Source: Eubacteriales bacterium (GTDB lineage: Bacteria > Bacillota > Clostridia > Oscillospirales > CAG-272). Taken from it: DNA of 64,000 nt. The notes beneath the pieces were generated by a model. It saw only the letters and a program-made list of their open reading frames with translations, was not told the origin of the DNA and did no database searches. Below are positions 9,657 to 19,491 of the stretch, piece after piece (position 1 is the stretch's first letter; the number at the start of each line of letters is the position of its first letter). Position numbers and translations under genes: made by a program. The DNA lies in contig JAZODF010000077.1 of assembly GCA_045596865.1 (NCBI GenBank), positions 4,589-68,588 of the forward strand. The letters run 5' to 3'.

Positions 9657-10484
9657 TCAGCCGATCAGGGAGATATAATACGGCAGAGCCTGCTCGAAAT
9701 TAACGCCGTAGGGACGGTGGTCGGGGTCGGCGAGGGTCAGCCGCATACATTCAAGGGTGAAGTCGACGGCAATGCGGAGAGCGTCGGCGGTGGATTTACC
9801 GCGCATCATTGCACCGACGGTCGCGGAGGCGAAGATGTCGCCCGTGCCGTGGAACTGGACGGGGAGCTTTTCATTATAATAGGAGTAGTATTCATCCCTC
9901 TCGCCGTCGTAGTAATAGACGCCGATCTTATCGGGAGTGAGGGACACGCCGGAGATGGCGGCGCTCTTGCAGCCGAGGGTAGTGAGCCGCTTCAACACGT
10001 CGCGGATATACTGCTCATCATAATTCGGGTTATAGGGGATGCCGAGCATAAAGGATGCCTCGGTGAGGTTAGGTATGATGAGGTCCGCCTTGCCGCAGAG
10101 GGTTGCCATCGCGGAGGCAAACTCGGGCGAAAAGCCCTTGTAGAGCACGCCGTTATCCGCCATTACGGGGTCGATGACCTTCACGGCGTGGGCGCCGAAG
10201 CGGTCGAACATATCGCCGACGAGGGCGAGCTGACGGTGGGAGCCGAGGTAGCCCGTATATATTGCGTCAAAGTCGATATTAAGCGCGTGGAGGGTGTCCG
10301 AGATGGGTGCGATCTCGTCGGTAAGGTCGCAGAAGGTGTACTTGGGAAACTGCGTATGCGTGGAGAGGACTGCGGTAGGAAGGACTGCCGCCTCTACCCC
10401 CGCGGCAGAGATGATCGGCAGGGCGACGGTCAGACTGCACTTGCCGACGCAGGAAATATCCTGAACGGTTATTATTCTTTTCAT
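9657..10484 (-). CDS. pdxK: Pyridoxal/pyridoxamine kinase
   Basis: QDISCVGKCSLTVALP, TGYLGS, DPVMADNG, PNLTEA and HGTGDIFAS motifs. Confidence 0.9.
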   Translation of the reverse strand: MKRIITVQDISCVGKCSLTVALPIISAAGVEAAVLPTAVLSTHTQFPKYTFCDLTDEIAPISDTLHALNIDFDAIYTGYLGSHRQLALVGDMFDRFGAHAVKVIDPVMADNGVLYKGFSPEFASAMATLCGKADLIIPNLTEASFMLGIPYNPNYDEQYIRDVLKRLTTLGCKSAAISGVSLTPDKIGVYYYDGERDEYYSYYNEKLPVQFHGTGDIFASATVGAMMRGKSTADALRIAVDFTLECMRLTLADPDHRPYGVNFEQALPYYISLIG

Positions 10485-10530
10485 ATATCCTCCGAGGGAT
10501 GCCGCCGTGGCGGCTTAAATTTACGCGTAT

Positions 10531-10559
10531 ATTATAAGACAAACGGACGGATTTGTCAA
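10531..10559 (-). promoter_or_regulatory. sigmaA promoter for pdxK
   Basis: Consensus TTGACA-N17-TATAAT on the minus strand. Confidence 0.8.
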
Positions 10560-10588
10560 GAAGGCGCGCGGAAAAATGCGGGATTTTT

Positions 10589-11812
10589 TTATAGAGGCGA
10601 GTATTCGACGTCGGCGCCGATGGAGCAGAGCTTTTCGGTGAGGCGGGAGTAGCCGCGCAGGACGGTAGATGCCGAGCCGATCTCAGAATAACCGTCGGCG
10701 GCGAGGGCGCAGATCACGGAGGCGGCACCGCCGCGAAGGTCGGTCGCGTTTGCCGAGCCGCCCAGTGGGCGGGATGGGCATATCAGGGCACCGCGGTCAT
10801 CAATAACGTAGCTGACGCCGAGGCGGGCGAGCTCGCCGAGGTAGCCGTACCTGTCGGGCCAGACGGTGTCGAAGATGCGGCCGCCGTGACAGACCGCCAT
10901 GAGGGGTGCGAGGATTGGCTGAAGGTCGGTGGGAAAGCCCGGGTGCGGGCGGGCGACGACCGAGATAGGAGAGGTGATTTCGCCCGTGACCGAGATGCCG
11001 AGATTGGTATCGACGCGTGCACCGCCGTCGGCGAGGAGGGACAAGAGGGGGTCAAGCTCGCGCGGGTCGGCACCGAGGACGCGGACGGAGCCGCGCGTGG
11101 CGAGGGCGGCACAGAGGTAGGTGCCCGCCTCGATAGGGTCGCCGCCGATATGTACCCTGCCGCCCGAGAGGCCGCCGCCGAGGACGGTGAGCGAATCGAC
11201 GTCGCGGGTGATGACGGCGCCCGCCGAGCACAGAAAGTCGATGAGGGTATCTATATGCGGCTCGGTCGCGGGGGAATACAGTCGACTCTCCCCCTCAGTC
11301 GAGGCGGCGAGGATGAGGAAATTGACGGTGGCGCCGACGGATGCGCGAGGCAGGCGGACGGTGGCGGGTTTGAGGCGGGGTGAGGTGAGGGTGTCCCCTT
11401 CCCTTTTTGCGCCCATTTCGGTAGCGAGAGCGAGATGAAAGTCGATCGGGCGGTAGGAGAAGGAGCAGCCGCCGTAGCTACCGAGCTCGATGCGGCCGAA
11501 GCGGGCAAGGCAGGCGCCGATGAGGTAGGTGGAGGCGCGGAGGCGGGATACGAGCGAGGCGGAGGGGGTGACGTAGCAAAGGTCGGTGGTATCGATATAG
11601 GTAACTTCGCCGCGGTGGGTGACGGTGGCGCCCTGCTCACGGACAAGGTCGAGGGCGACGCGGACGTCGCCGATGTCGGGCAGGCCGACGAGCTCCGACC
11701 TGCCGAAAAGCGAAAGGCAGGCGAATATGACGGGGAGAGCGGCGTTTTTTGACCCGCTGACGCACACGCTGCCACAGAGGGCGTTACCGCCCCTGATTAT
11801 AAATTTTCCCAT
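10589..11812 (-). CDS. murA: UDP-N-acetylglucosamine 1-carboxyvinyltransferase (divergent copy)
   Basis: SGSKNAALP, LRAS, GGCSFSYRPIDFH (catalytic Cys), SVGAT, PGFPTDLQP, DLRGGA and RGY motifs. Confidence 0.9.
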   Translation of the reverse strand: MGKFIIRGGNALCGSVCVSGSKNAALPVIFACLSLFGRSELVGLPDIGDVRVALDLVREQGATVTHRGEVTYIDTTDLCYVTPSASLVSRLRASTYLIGACLARFGRIELGSYGGCSFSYRPIDFHLALATEMGAKREGDTLTSPRLKPATVRLPRASVGATVNFLILAASTEGESRLYSPATEPHIDTLIDFLCSAGAVITRDVDSLTVLGGGLSGGRVHIGGDPIEAGTYLCAALATRGSVRVLGADPRELDPLLSLLADGGARVDTNLGISVTGEITSPISVVARPHPGFPTDLQPILAPLMAVCHGGRIFDTVWPDRYGYLGELARLGVSYVIDDRGALICPSRPLGGSANATDLRGGAASVICALAADGYSEIGSASTVLRGYSRLTEKLCSIGADVEYSPL

Positions 11813-11872
11813 TTTTCCCTCCCGTTAATTGATATTACATTCTATTCGGGAAAGGAAAATGGGTTAACGAGG

Positions 11873-11905
11873 GAGCGAGCCGCACCTTGACGGTGCGGCT
11901 CGCTC
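11873..11905 (-). terminator. Stem-loop after the DUF3810 gene
   Basis: GAGCGAGCCGCAC-loop-GTGCGGCTCGCTC. Confidence 0.55.
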
Positions 11906-11915
11906 TGTTTGGTGT

Positions 11916-13013
11916 TTATTGATACGTGCGGTAGTATCCGACGGTAAGGCGGACGGCGTAGCCGTAGGTGACGACGCCCTCGGTGCCGTTGAATTTGAGG
12001 TAGCGGTCATTGAGGCGGTCGTTGATTTTGCCGAGGAGACTATCCTTATGACGTGCGGTGACGGCGCTTGCGGCGCGGATGTCGGAGAGGACGCGCTCGC
12101 TCGTGCCCGCGAGGAGGTCTTGATACAGCTCCTTATCGGTTGCATAGACGGCGCTCATAAAGTAGCGGAGCATTGAGAGATAGCCCGAATATCTGACGAA
12201 GGGGTCATCCGAGACGATGCAGACGAGGAATGCGATGAAATTCGCCTCGTTTTCGCGGGCGATTCCCCGCTGGTGTGCCATTTCGTGGGCGGCGGAGTAG
12301 ACGATCTCGTGGTGGGGGTATTCGACGTTTACGTTAGCCTCGCCCGTCGGGAAGCCGTAGATGCCCGTGATGCCCGCGTCGGACATTATCCCGCTTGCGA
12401 GGACGGGCTTGACGCGGCTATCAAAGGTTTTGACTGCGGGGTATTTTTCGGAGAGGGCGACGTAGGCGTCACACAGGCGGTCGGATGCCTCGCCGAGAGT
12501 GTAGCCCATCACCGATTCGCCGTTTTTATAGGTGAGGTCGGCGGAGAGGGCGTTGGCCTCGTCGCGGAGGAGGGTGGCGACCGAATAAAGCTCGCTCGCG
12601 GTGACGTCACGGGCGTCCTCGATACCCATTTGCGCGGTGATGGGGGTGGTGCGATAGCCGACGCCGAGAGTGAAGATATAGGTGGTGATGATAGTAGAAA
12701 TGAGGGCGAGGATGGCGAAGACGTTACGAACGAGCGACGCCCTGTCGCGGGCGCGGCGGACGGTGAGGATGACGAGGAGGAGGACGAGCGGGAGGGCGAG
12801 GATGATAAGCAGCTCAAAGAGCGAGAACGGCAGCCATCCCGTAAGTGCCGCGAGGATGCGGCGAAGCAGGGCGCCAACGGTGGAATTAAGGAAATCCGCG
12901 AGGGGGCGGACGTATATTGAGATAAGATACAGGATTCCCGACGGGAGGAGGATGAGAAGGGCGACGAGGGCGGGAACCGGGATATATTTGCGTAAAAATG
13001 CGATAATTTTCAT
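11916..13013 (-). CDS. DUF3810-type membrane protein with HExxH motif
   Basis: N-terminal TM helices, PFSLFE, GIYGFPTGEANVN and HEMAHQRGIARENEANFIAF. Confidence 0.8.
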   Translation of the reverse strand: MKIIAFLRKYIPVPALVALLILLPSGILYLISIYVRPLADFLNSTVGALLRRILAALTGWLPFSLFELLIILALPLVLLLVILTVRRARDRASLVRNVFAILALISTIITTYIFTLGVGYRTTPITAQMGIEDARDVTASELYSVATLLRDEANALSADLTYKNGESVMGYTLGEASDRLCDAYVALSEKYPAVKTFDSRVKPVLASGIMSDAGITGIYGFPTGEANVNVEYPHHEIVYSAAHEMAHQRGIARENEANFIAFLVCIVSDDPFVRYSGYLSMLRYFMSAVYATDKELYQDLLAGTSERVLSDIRAASAVTARHKDSLLGKINDRLNDRYLKFNGTEGVVTYGYAVRLTVGYYRTYQ

Positions 13014-13104
13014 ATTTGCTCCGATTGGTTTTCTCGGTCAAAGTATATCATACACAAACGTGGTTGTCAATTATACCGAATGTAAACTTTTTCGCTCGGG
13101 TCGG

Positions 13105-13133
13105 TTGACTTATTTTCCCGCGTGCGGTATAAT
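13105..13133 (+). promoter_or_regulatory. sigmaA-type promoter
   Basis: TTGACT-N17-TATAAT. Confidence 0.7.
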
Positions 13134-13158
13134 AAAGAAAAAAGGGTATGGAGGCAAT

Positions 13159-14613
13159 ATGCTAAACGAGAAATACGTAAGCTATGAGGATTTCGGTGCT
13201 ATCGGCGACGGTAAGACCGACGATATGCCCGCCATCGTCAAGGCACACGAATATGCAAACGAGCATTCCCTGCCCGTCCGTGCAAGGGACGGAGCGGAAT
13301 ATTACATAGGTGGCAAAAGCCTCACCGCGACGGTGATGACCGACGTTGATTTCGGTACGGCAAAATTCATCATTGACGACACCGTGCTTGAAAACGTAAA
13401 GGCGAACATTTTTAACGTGGTTTCGGCACACAAGACGTTTCAGCCGAATATCACGAGCCTCGCACCCGGGCAGAAGCATATCGACTTCGAGCACGAGGGG
13501 CGCACCTACGTCAGGGTTTACAACAGCGAAAAACGCATTTTCAGACGCAAGGGCGAGAATGCCAACAACGGCGTGGATGCGACCGACTGCTTCGTCGTGG
13601 ATGCGGACGGTAATATCGAGAACGAGATAATCTGGAATTACCCGAGTATTTCGAGGGCGGTAGCAAAGAGCGTTGAGGACGCGCCCATCACGATAAAGGG
13701 CGGTGTTTTCGTCACTATTGCAAACCGTTGGGAGCGGGTTTATAACTATCACGCGCGCGGATTCAATATCACGCGCTCGAACGTAACGGTGAGCGGCATC
13801 ACCCACCTCATCGAGGGGGAGGGTGAGACGGGTGCGCCCTACTCAGGATTCCTCACGGTTTCCGAGGCGGTGGACGTCAGCCTGGTCAATTGTACGCTGA
13901 CCCCGCACAAGACGTATATGACCAAGGATTCGAATCCGCCCTTCTACGTCAACAGGATGGGAACCTATGAGCTGAACCTCGGTGCGACGATTCGCACGCG
14001 CCTTATCGGTATTCGTCAGACAAGGGATATTACCGACACCCGCTTCTGGGGCCTTATCGGCACGAATTTCTCGAAGGAGATCTACATTGAGGGGTGCGAG
14101 ATGTCTCGCTTCGACGCACACATGGGTGTTACGGGGGCGACAATCAAAAACTCGCGCATCGGTCACCAATGCCTGTCGCTCATCGGTTACGGTGATTTCT
14201 ATATTGAAAACTCCTTCGTGCTTGGATATTCCTTCGTCGCGCTACGCGGGGATTACGGCTCCATCTGGCACGGAAATATCACCATCAAGGATTGCGTTTG
14301 GAAGCCCGTCAACAAGGGCGAGATGTGGATATTCAACGCGCACAACACGGGTGACCACGATTTCGGATACGAGTGCAGGATGCCCTCGCGGATCGTTATC
14401 GACGGGCTGAAGATACTTGACGGCGAGGTGAACGAGGGAGCAAAGCTCTACGTCCTGCCCGATTATGACAGGGATTTCAAGGCGGGAAAGCCCTATCCCT
14501 ACCGCCCCGTCGAGGAGCTTCACGCCTGCCGAATCGAGACCGAGCAGGGCAAGGCTGCCCTTCCCTTTGAGAAGCCCGAGCAGTACGTCGGAACGGTCGT
14601 GGATATAAAATGA
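13159..14613 (+). CDS. Right-handed beta-helix (pectate-lyase-superfamily-like) protein of unknown function
   Basis: GGAGG RBS before ATG 13159. N-terminal VSYEDFGAIGDGKTDD motif, repetitive beta-strand pattern, no signal peptide. Confidence 0.7.
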   Translation: MLNEKYVSYEDFGAIGDGKTDDMPAIVKAHEYANEHSLPVRARDGAEYYIGGKSLTATVMTDVDFGTAKFIIDDTVLENVKANIFNVVSAHKTFQPNITSLAPGQKHIDFEHEGRTYVRVYNSEKRIFRRKGENANNGVDATDCFVVDADGNIENEIIWNYPSISRAVAKSVEDAPITIKGGVFVTIANRWERVYNYHARGFNITRSNVTVSGITHLIEGEGETGAPYSGFLTVSEAVDVSLVNCTLTPHKTYMTKDSNPPFYVNRMGTYELNLGATIRTRLIGIRQTRDITDTRFWGLIGTNFSKEIYIEGCEMSRFDAHMGVTGATIKNSRIGHQCLSLIGYGDFYIENSFVLGYSFVALRGDYGSIWHGNITIKDCVWKPVNKGEMWIFNAHNTGDHDFGYECRMPSRIVIDGLKILDGEVNEGAKLYVLPDYDRDFKAGKPYPYRPVEELHACRIETEQGKAALPFEKPEQYVGTVVDIK

Positions 14614-15161
14614 GTTATTTCGTTAGCTTTTTCAAGCACCTCGGCGTCGTGACGCGGCACAGATTCCGCGTGATGACGCATTGCGCGCGGTGCGGAATAT
14701 TATGGCGCGGACTGGTGCACGATCTATCGAAGTATTCGCCCGTCGAGTTTTTCGAGAGCGTGCGGTATTTCCGCGGCTATCGCTCGCCCATCGGGGCGTG
14801 CCGCGAGGACAAGGGATACAGCAACGCGTGGCTTCATCACAAGGGTAGAAACAAGCACCATATCGAGTACTGGCAGGATGACGATTGCGCGGAGCACCCC
14901 GTAATGCCCTACAAGTACGCGGTAGAGTGCGTGTGCGACAAGTTAGCCGCGACGAAGATATACGCGGGCAAGGATTACACCGAGGAGCTGCCCATCGCGC
15001 ACTGGGAAAAGCGCGGAAAGTACGTCAGGGGCAACCCGCGGACGCTGGAATTCGTGCGGCGCGCGCTTGACGATATTCGTATTCACGGCGAGAGGTACGT
15101 TATCAACCCCGAGTATATGAAGCGCACATACGCCGAGGTTTGCCTCGGTGAGGATAAATAA
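14610..15161 (+). CDS. DUF5662-type HD-like protein
   Basis: RGLVHDLSKYSPVEF and AWLHHKGRNKHHIEYW motifs. ATGA overlap with the upstream gene. Confidence 0.75.
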   Translation: MSYFVSFFKHLGVVTRHRFRVMTHCARCGILWRGLVHDLSKYSPVEFFESVRYFRGYRSPIGACREDKGYSNAWLHHKGRNKHHIEYWQDDDCAEHPVMPYKYAVECVCDKLAATKIYAGKDYTEELPIAHWEKRGKYVRGNPRTLEFVRRALDDIRIHGERYVINPEYMKRTYAEVCLGEDK

Positions 15162-15162
15162 G

Positions 15163-15199
15163 AAAATGCTCACTGCACTACGGTGCGGTGAGCATTTTT
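15163..15199. terminator. Bidirectional intrinsic terminator
   Basis: AAAATGCTCACTGCAC-TACG-GTGCGGTGAGCATTTTT. Confidence 0.8.
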
Positions 15200-15212
15200 G
15201 CTTCGGTGGTAA

Positions 15213-16490
15213 TTAAGAGATCGTAATCTTCTCGCCACGGTATGCGACGGTGGACGAGTAGAAGGCGCGGGTGGCGGTGATCATCGGCTCGAGGTCGGCG
15301 ACGGCGGCGGTTTCGGTCGCGGAGTGCATTGCAAGCTGGGGGAAGCCGATATCGACGGTCGGGACGCTGACGCGGGTATTGGAGATGGAGCCGAGGGTGG
15401 AGCCGCCCGGGAGGTCGGCGCGGTTATAGTAGCGCTGTGCTTTCACGCCCGCGCGATTGCATATTTCGAGGAAGAGGGCGTGGGAGATGCCGTCGGTGGC
15501 ATAGCGCTGATTTGCGTTGAATTTGACCACGATTCCGCCGCCGAGGGTGGGGGCGTTTTCCCTGTCGGACATTTCGGGGCGGTTGGGGTGGAGGGCGTGG
15601 GCGTTATCGATGCTGAGCATCATCGAGGATGCGACGAGGCGGTTGTAATCCGAGCCCGCGATGCGGGTGAGGACGTCATAAAGGAGGGTGGATGCGGCGC
15701 CCTGCTTGGTTTCGGAGCCGACCTCCTCGTTATCGAATACCGCGAGGACGGGGATGGATGCCGAGGGGGATGCCTCGGTGAAGCCGCAGTAGGCGGCATA
15801 CACGCTCTCGAGGTCGTCGAGGCGGGGGGAGAGGATAAGCTCGTTATTTGCGCCGAGGGTCCTTCCCTGCTCTCTGTTATAGAGGAAGAGGTCGTGAGAG
15901 AGGATGGAGTCCGCGCTGACGCCCGCCGCGGAGGCAACGAGGGTAAGTATATCCGCCTTATCGAGCGAGAGGAGCGGGAGCATATCGGTGGCGGGGTTGA
16001 AGGATGCGCCGTCATTTACGCCGCGATTGAGGTGGATGGCAAGGCTCGGGATAGTGACGAGGTCACGGTCGATATTGACGAGGCGGGATTCGACGCCCGT
16101 GTCGGTTGCGACGACGACCCTGCCCGCGACGGAGAGCGGGCGGTCGAGCCAGGAGTAGTATATCATTCCGCCGTATTTTTCGACGTCGAGACGGGAGTAT
16201 GCGCCGCTCTTGTTGCCCGAGAGCTTCACACGGAAGGAGGGGCTGTCGCTATGGGCGGCGGCAATCATAAAGCCGCGGGGGGATTTGACGGTGCGGAAGG
16301 CGATGATGGACGTGCCGCCGCGGATGACGAAATATTTGCCGCCGTCGGTGAGCGACCACTCGTCGGACTCGTAGAGCTCGGTATAGCCGTCAGCCACGAG
16401 GAGGGTGCGGAGGCTGTCAACCGCGTGGTGCGCGGTGGGCGAGCCGTTGATATAATTAAACAGGCCGTTAAGGTAATTCATTTTTTGCAT
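15213..16490 (-). CDS. M18 family aminopeptidase
   Basis: SPTAHHAV, AHSDSP, WLDRPLSVAGRV, IPSLAIHLNR, RLDDL, FDNEEVGS, DNAHALHPN and LAMHS motifs. Confidence 0.92.
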   Translation of the reverse strand: MQKMNYLNGLFNYINGSPTAHHAVDSLRTLLVADGYTELYESDEWSLTDGGKYFVIRGGTSIIAFRTVKSPRGFMIAAAHSDSPSFRVKLSGNKSGAYSRLDVEKYGGMIYYSWLDRPLSVAGRVVVATDTGVESRLVNIDRDLVTIPSLAIHLNRGVNDGASFNPATDMLPLLSLDKADILTLVASAAGVSADSILSHDLFLYNREQGRTLGANNELILSPRLDDLESVYAAYCGFTEASPSASIPVLAVFDNEEVGSETKQGAASTLLYDVLTRIAGSDYNRLVASSMMLSIDNAHALHPNRPEMSDRENAPTLGGGIVVKFNANQRYATDGISHALFLEICNRAGVKAQRYYNRADLPGGSTLGSISNTRVSVPTVDIGFPQLAMHSATETAAVADLEPMITATRAFYSSTVAYRGEKITIS

Positions 16491-16557
16491 ACTGCCTTTC
16501 TTTTTCTTTATTTTACATATATTTTACATCTAAAAAAGGAAAAAGTCAACTTTACTG

Positions 16558-16586
16558 TTGAAAAAGGCGGCGGTTTGTAGTAAAAT
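16558..16586 (+). promoter_or_regulatory. sigmaA-type promoter for the pepD operon
   Basis: TTGAAA-N17-TAAAAT. Confidence 0.6.
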
Positions 16587-16620
16587 ATATGCGTAAAACT
16601 GTATATACGAGGTAATTATA

Positions 16621-18117
16621 ATGCTTAACATACCCGAATACGCGGCGCACGAGGCGATTTTCCGCCATTTCGAGGCGTTTTCAAAAATCCCGCACGGCTC
16701 GGGAAATACCGAGAAGATAGCCGATTTCTTCGTCGAGTTTGCGAAGGAGAGAGGTCTTGAATGCTACCGCGACGGGGCGAACAACGTGGTTATCAGAAAG
16801 CCCGCGACGGCGGGCTACGAGGACCGTCCCGCGGTGATCTTCCAGGGTCACCTCGACATGGTTGCCGAGAAGGTGACGGGGGCGGCGATAGATATGGAGC
16901 GCGACGGGCTGACGCTCTATCGCGATGGGGATTTTATCCGCGCGAAGGACACCACCCTCGGAGGTGACGACGGTGTGGCGCTGGCATACGCAATGGCGGT
17001 GCTTGATTCGGATGATATTCCCCACCCCGATTTCGAGGCGGTGTTCACCTCGGACGAGGAGATCGGCCTGCTCGGTGCGGTTGCGCTCGCACCCGAGGCG
17101 GTGAAGGGCCGCCTGCTCATCAACATTGATTCGGACGCCGAGGGTGTGTTCACCGTCGGTTGTGCGGGCGGTGTCAGAAGCGACATTTCCCTGCCCGTCG
17201 GGTATGAGAAGAACAGCTTCCCGAAGGCGTACAGAGTCCGCCTTCACGGCTTCAAGGGCGGGCACAGCGGCGTTGAGATCGACAAGGGTCGCGCAAACGC
17301 GGTGAAGGTGCTCGGTGAGATTATGAATATGCACTACCCCTACGAGATGCGGATCGCATCCATTTCGGGCGGTAACGCGGACAACGCGATCCCCCGTGAG
17401 TGTGAGGCGGTTATTTGCGGCGGCGAGGAGCTGGCAGGGGCGTTTGCCGAGATATTTGAGCGCAGACGCGGGATGATGGCGGTGATGCCCGACAGAATGA
17501 CGACGGAGGAATACCGCGCGCTCGACAAGACGGGCAGACTGCTCGCAGACGTTGAGCCTGATGCGACCCTCGAGGTCAGTGAGGTAGAGCCGCCCGAGCT
17601 CGTGCTCGACGAGGAGAGCCACACCGACCTCGTTTGCCTGCTGATTCAGCTTCCGAGCGGGGTCATCGCGATGAGCAAGGCGTTACCCGACCTTGTCGAA
17701 ACCTCGCTTAATCTCGGTATTCTTCGGCTCGGGGAGCGGGCGGAGATCTCCTTCTCCGTGCGGTCGGCGGTCGGTGCGGCAAAGCGCGCGCTGTGCGAGA
17801 GGCTCGAAGAAACGGCGAAGAAATTCGGCGCGGATTACGGCGAGCGCGGAGAATATCCCGCGTGGGAGTACCGCGAGGAGTCGCACCTGCGCGACGTGAT
17901 GGTCGAGGTATATGAGAAAATGTACGGCAAAAAGGCGGAGGTCGTGACGATACACGCAGGCCTCGAGTGTGGTATATTTGCCGAGAAGCTGCCCGGGATC
18001 GATTGCGTGTCGATCGGGCCTGATAACTACGATATTCACACGACGGAGGAGAGGCTTTCAATTCCCTCGTTCGTGCGGGTATGGGAATATTTACTCGAAG
18101 TTCTTAAAAATATATAA
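16621..18117 (+). CDS. pepD: Aminoacyl-histidine dipeptidase (M20C)
   Basis: IPHGSGN, QGHLDMV, TTLGGDDG, DEEIGL, GGHSG, IHAGLECG and IHTTEE motifs. Confidence 0.92.
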   Translation: MLNIPEYAAHEAIFRHFEAFSKIPHGSGNTEKIADFFVEFAKERGLECYRDGANNVVIRKPATAGYEDRPAVIFQGHLDMVAEKVTGAAIDMERDGLTLYRDGDFIRAKDTTLGGDDGVALAYAMAVLDSDDIPHPDFEAVFTSDEEIGLLGAVALAPEAVKGRLLINIDSDAEGVFTVGCAGGVRSDISLPVGYEKNSFPKAYRVRLHGFKGGHSGVEIDKGRANAVKVLGEIMNMHYPYEMRIASISGGNADNAIPRECEAVICGGEELAGAFAEIFERRRGMMAVMPDRMTTEEYRALDKTGRLLADVEPDATLEVSEVEPPELVLDEESHTDLVCLLIQLPSGVIAMSKALPDLVETSLNLGILRLGERAEISFSVRSAVGAAKRALCERLEETAKKFGADYGERGEYPAWEYREESHLRDVMVEVYEKMYGKKAEVVTIHAGLECGIFAEKLPGIDCVSIGPDNYDIHTTEERLSIPSFVRVWEYLLEVLKNI

Positions 18118-18127
18118 GAGGTAAAAA

Positions 18128-19354
18128 ATGAACAAGACAAGACTTAAAAGGTATGCAAATTTGATTGCACGGTGCGGCGTCAACGTGCAGAAGGGACAGG
18201 AGGTCATGATCTCCGCTCAGCTCGATCAGCCCGAGTTCGTCAAGATGGTTGTGGACGAGTGCTACAAGGCGGGAGCAAGGAAGGTTTCGGTTGACTGGAT
18301 CTACGAGCCGCTGACGAGATCGAACGTAAAATACTGCTCTGCCAAGGTGCTTGGAGAGATGGAAGAATGGCAGCTCAAGAGATGGGAGAGACAGGCAGAG
18401 GTGCTGCCCTGCAAGATCTACCTCATTTCGGAGGACCCCGACGCGCTCGAGGGCATTGACCAGGCAAAGTATGCAAAGGCGATGGCAAATCGCAGTAAGC
18501 AGATAAAGCCCATCCGAAGAAGGATGGAAAACAAGTACCAGTGGTGTATCGCCGCCGTGCCCGGAAAGGCGTGGGCGAAGAAGATATTCCCCGGTGAGAG
18601 AGCAAGCGTTGCGATCGAGAAGCTGTGGGAGGCTATACTATCCACCTCGCGCGTTGACGACGATCCCATCGCGGCGTGGAAAAGACACAACGAGGATCTG
18701 GCAAAGAGGTGCGAATACCTCAACTCGCTCGGCATACGTCAGCTGAAGTACAAGGCGTCAAACGGCACAGACCTTGTAGTCGGGCTTATTCCGGATGCAA
18801 TTTTCATGGGCGGTGGCGAGAATGCGCAGGGCTCGGGCATTTATTACAACCCGAACATTCCCTCGGAGGAGGTATTCACCTCGCCGATGAAGGGTGAGGC
18901 AGAGGGTATCGTTTACTCATCCCGCCCCCTTTGCTGTAACGGTGCGCTTATCGAGAATTTCTGGGTTAAGTTCGAGGGCGGCAAGGCGGTTGACGTCGGT
19001 GCGGAAAAGAACGAGGAGGTACTTCGCGAGCTTATCAAGATGGATGAGAATGCGGCGTATCTCGGCGAGTGCGCGCTCGTTCCCTACTCCTCCCCGATCC
19101 GTGAGTCGGGCCTACTCTTCTACAACACTCTCTTTGACGAGAATGCGGCATGCCATCTGGCGCTCGGCCGCGGGTTCACCAACCTTCTTCGCGGTTATGA
19201 GAACATGACCGAGGAGGAGGCACACGCGAAGGGTATCAACGATTCGATCGTTCACGAGGACTTCATGATCGGAACGGCGGACATGTCGATTATCGCGGTT
19301 TGCGCCGACGGGCGCGAGGTTGCCATCTTCGAGAGTGGCGAATGGGCGTTTTAA
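18128..19354 (+). CDS. M29 family aminopeptidase (PepS/AmpS-like)
   Basis: GVNVQKGQ, PNIPSEEVFTSP, YLGECALVP, NTLFDENAACHLALG and SIVHEDFMIG motifs. Confidence 0.92.
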   Translation: MNKTRLKRYANLIARCGVNVQKGQEVMISAQLDQPEFVKMVVDECYKAGARKVSVDWIYEPLTRSNVKYCSAKVLGEMEEWQLKRWERQAEVLPCKIYLISEDPDALEGIDQAKYAKAMANRSKQIKPIRRRMENKYQWCIAAVPGKAWAKKIFPGERASVAIEKLWEAILSTSRVDDDPIAAWKRHNEDLAKRCEYLNSLGIRQLKYKASNGTDLVVGLIPDAIFMGGGENAQGSGIYYNPNIPSEEVFTSPMKGEAEGIVYSSRPLCCNGALIENFWVKFEGGKAVDVGAEKNEEVLRELIKMDENAAYLGECALVPYSSPIRESGLLFYNTLFDENAACHLALGRGFTNLLRGYENMTEEEAHAKGINDSIVHEDFMIGTADMSIIAVCADGREVAIFESGEWAF

Positions 19355-19374
19355 TGTAAATAGTTATTTACAAC

Positions 19375-19411
19375 AAAACAACGGACCAATTTGGTCCGTT
19401 GTTTTGTTTTT
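19375..19411. terminator. Bidirectional intrinsic terminator
   Basis: AAAACAACGGACC-AATTT-GGTCCGTTGTTTTG followed by a T run. Confidence 0.8.
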
Positions 19412-19491
19412 TGCGTTTAATGTGACACGGGTATGTGGATATGGCCGTATCAGGGACTGATATATCATCCTTGGCGGCGTGATGCTAAGAT

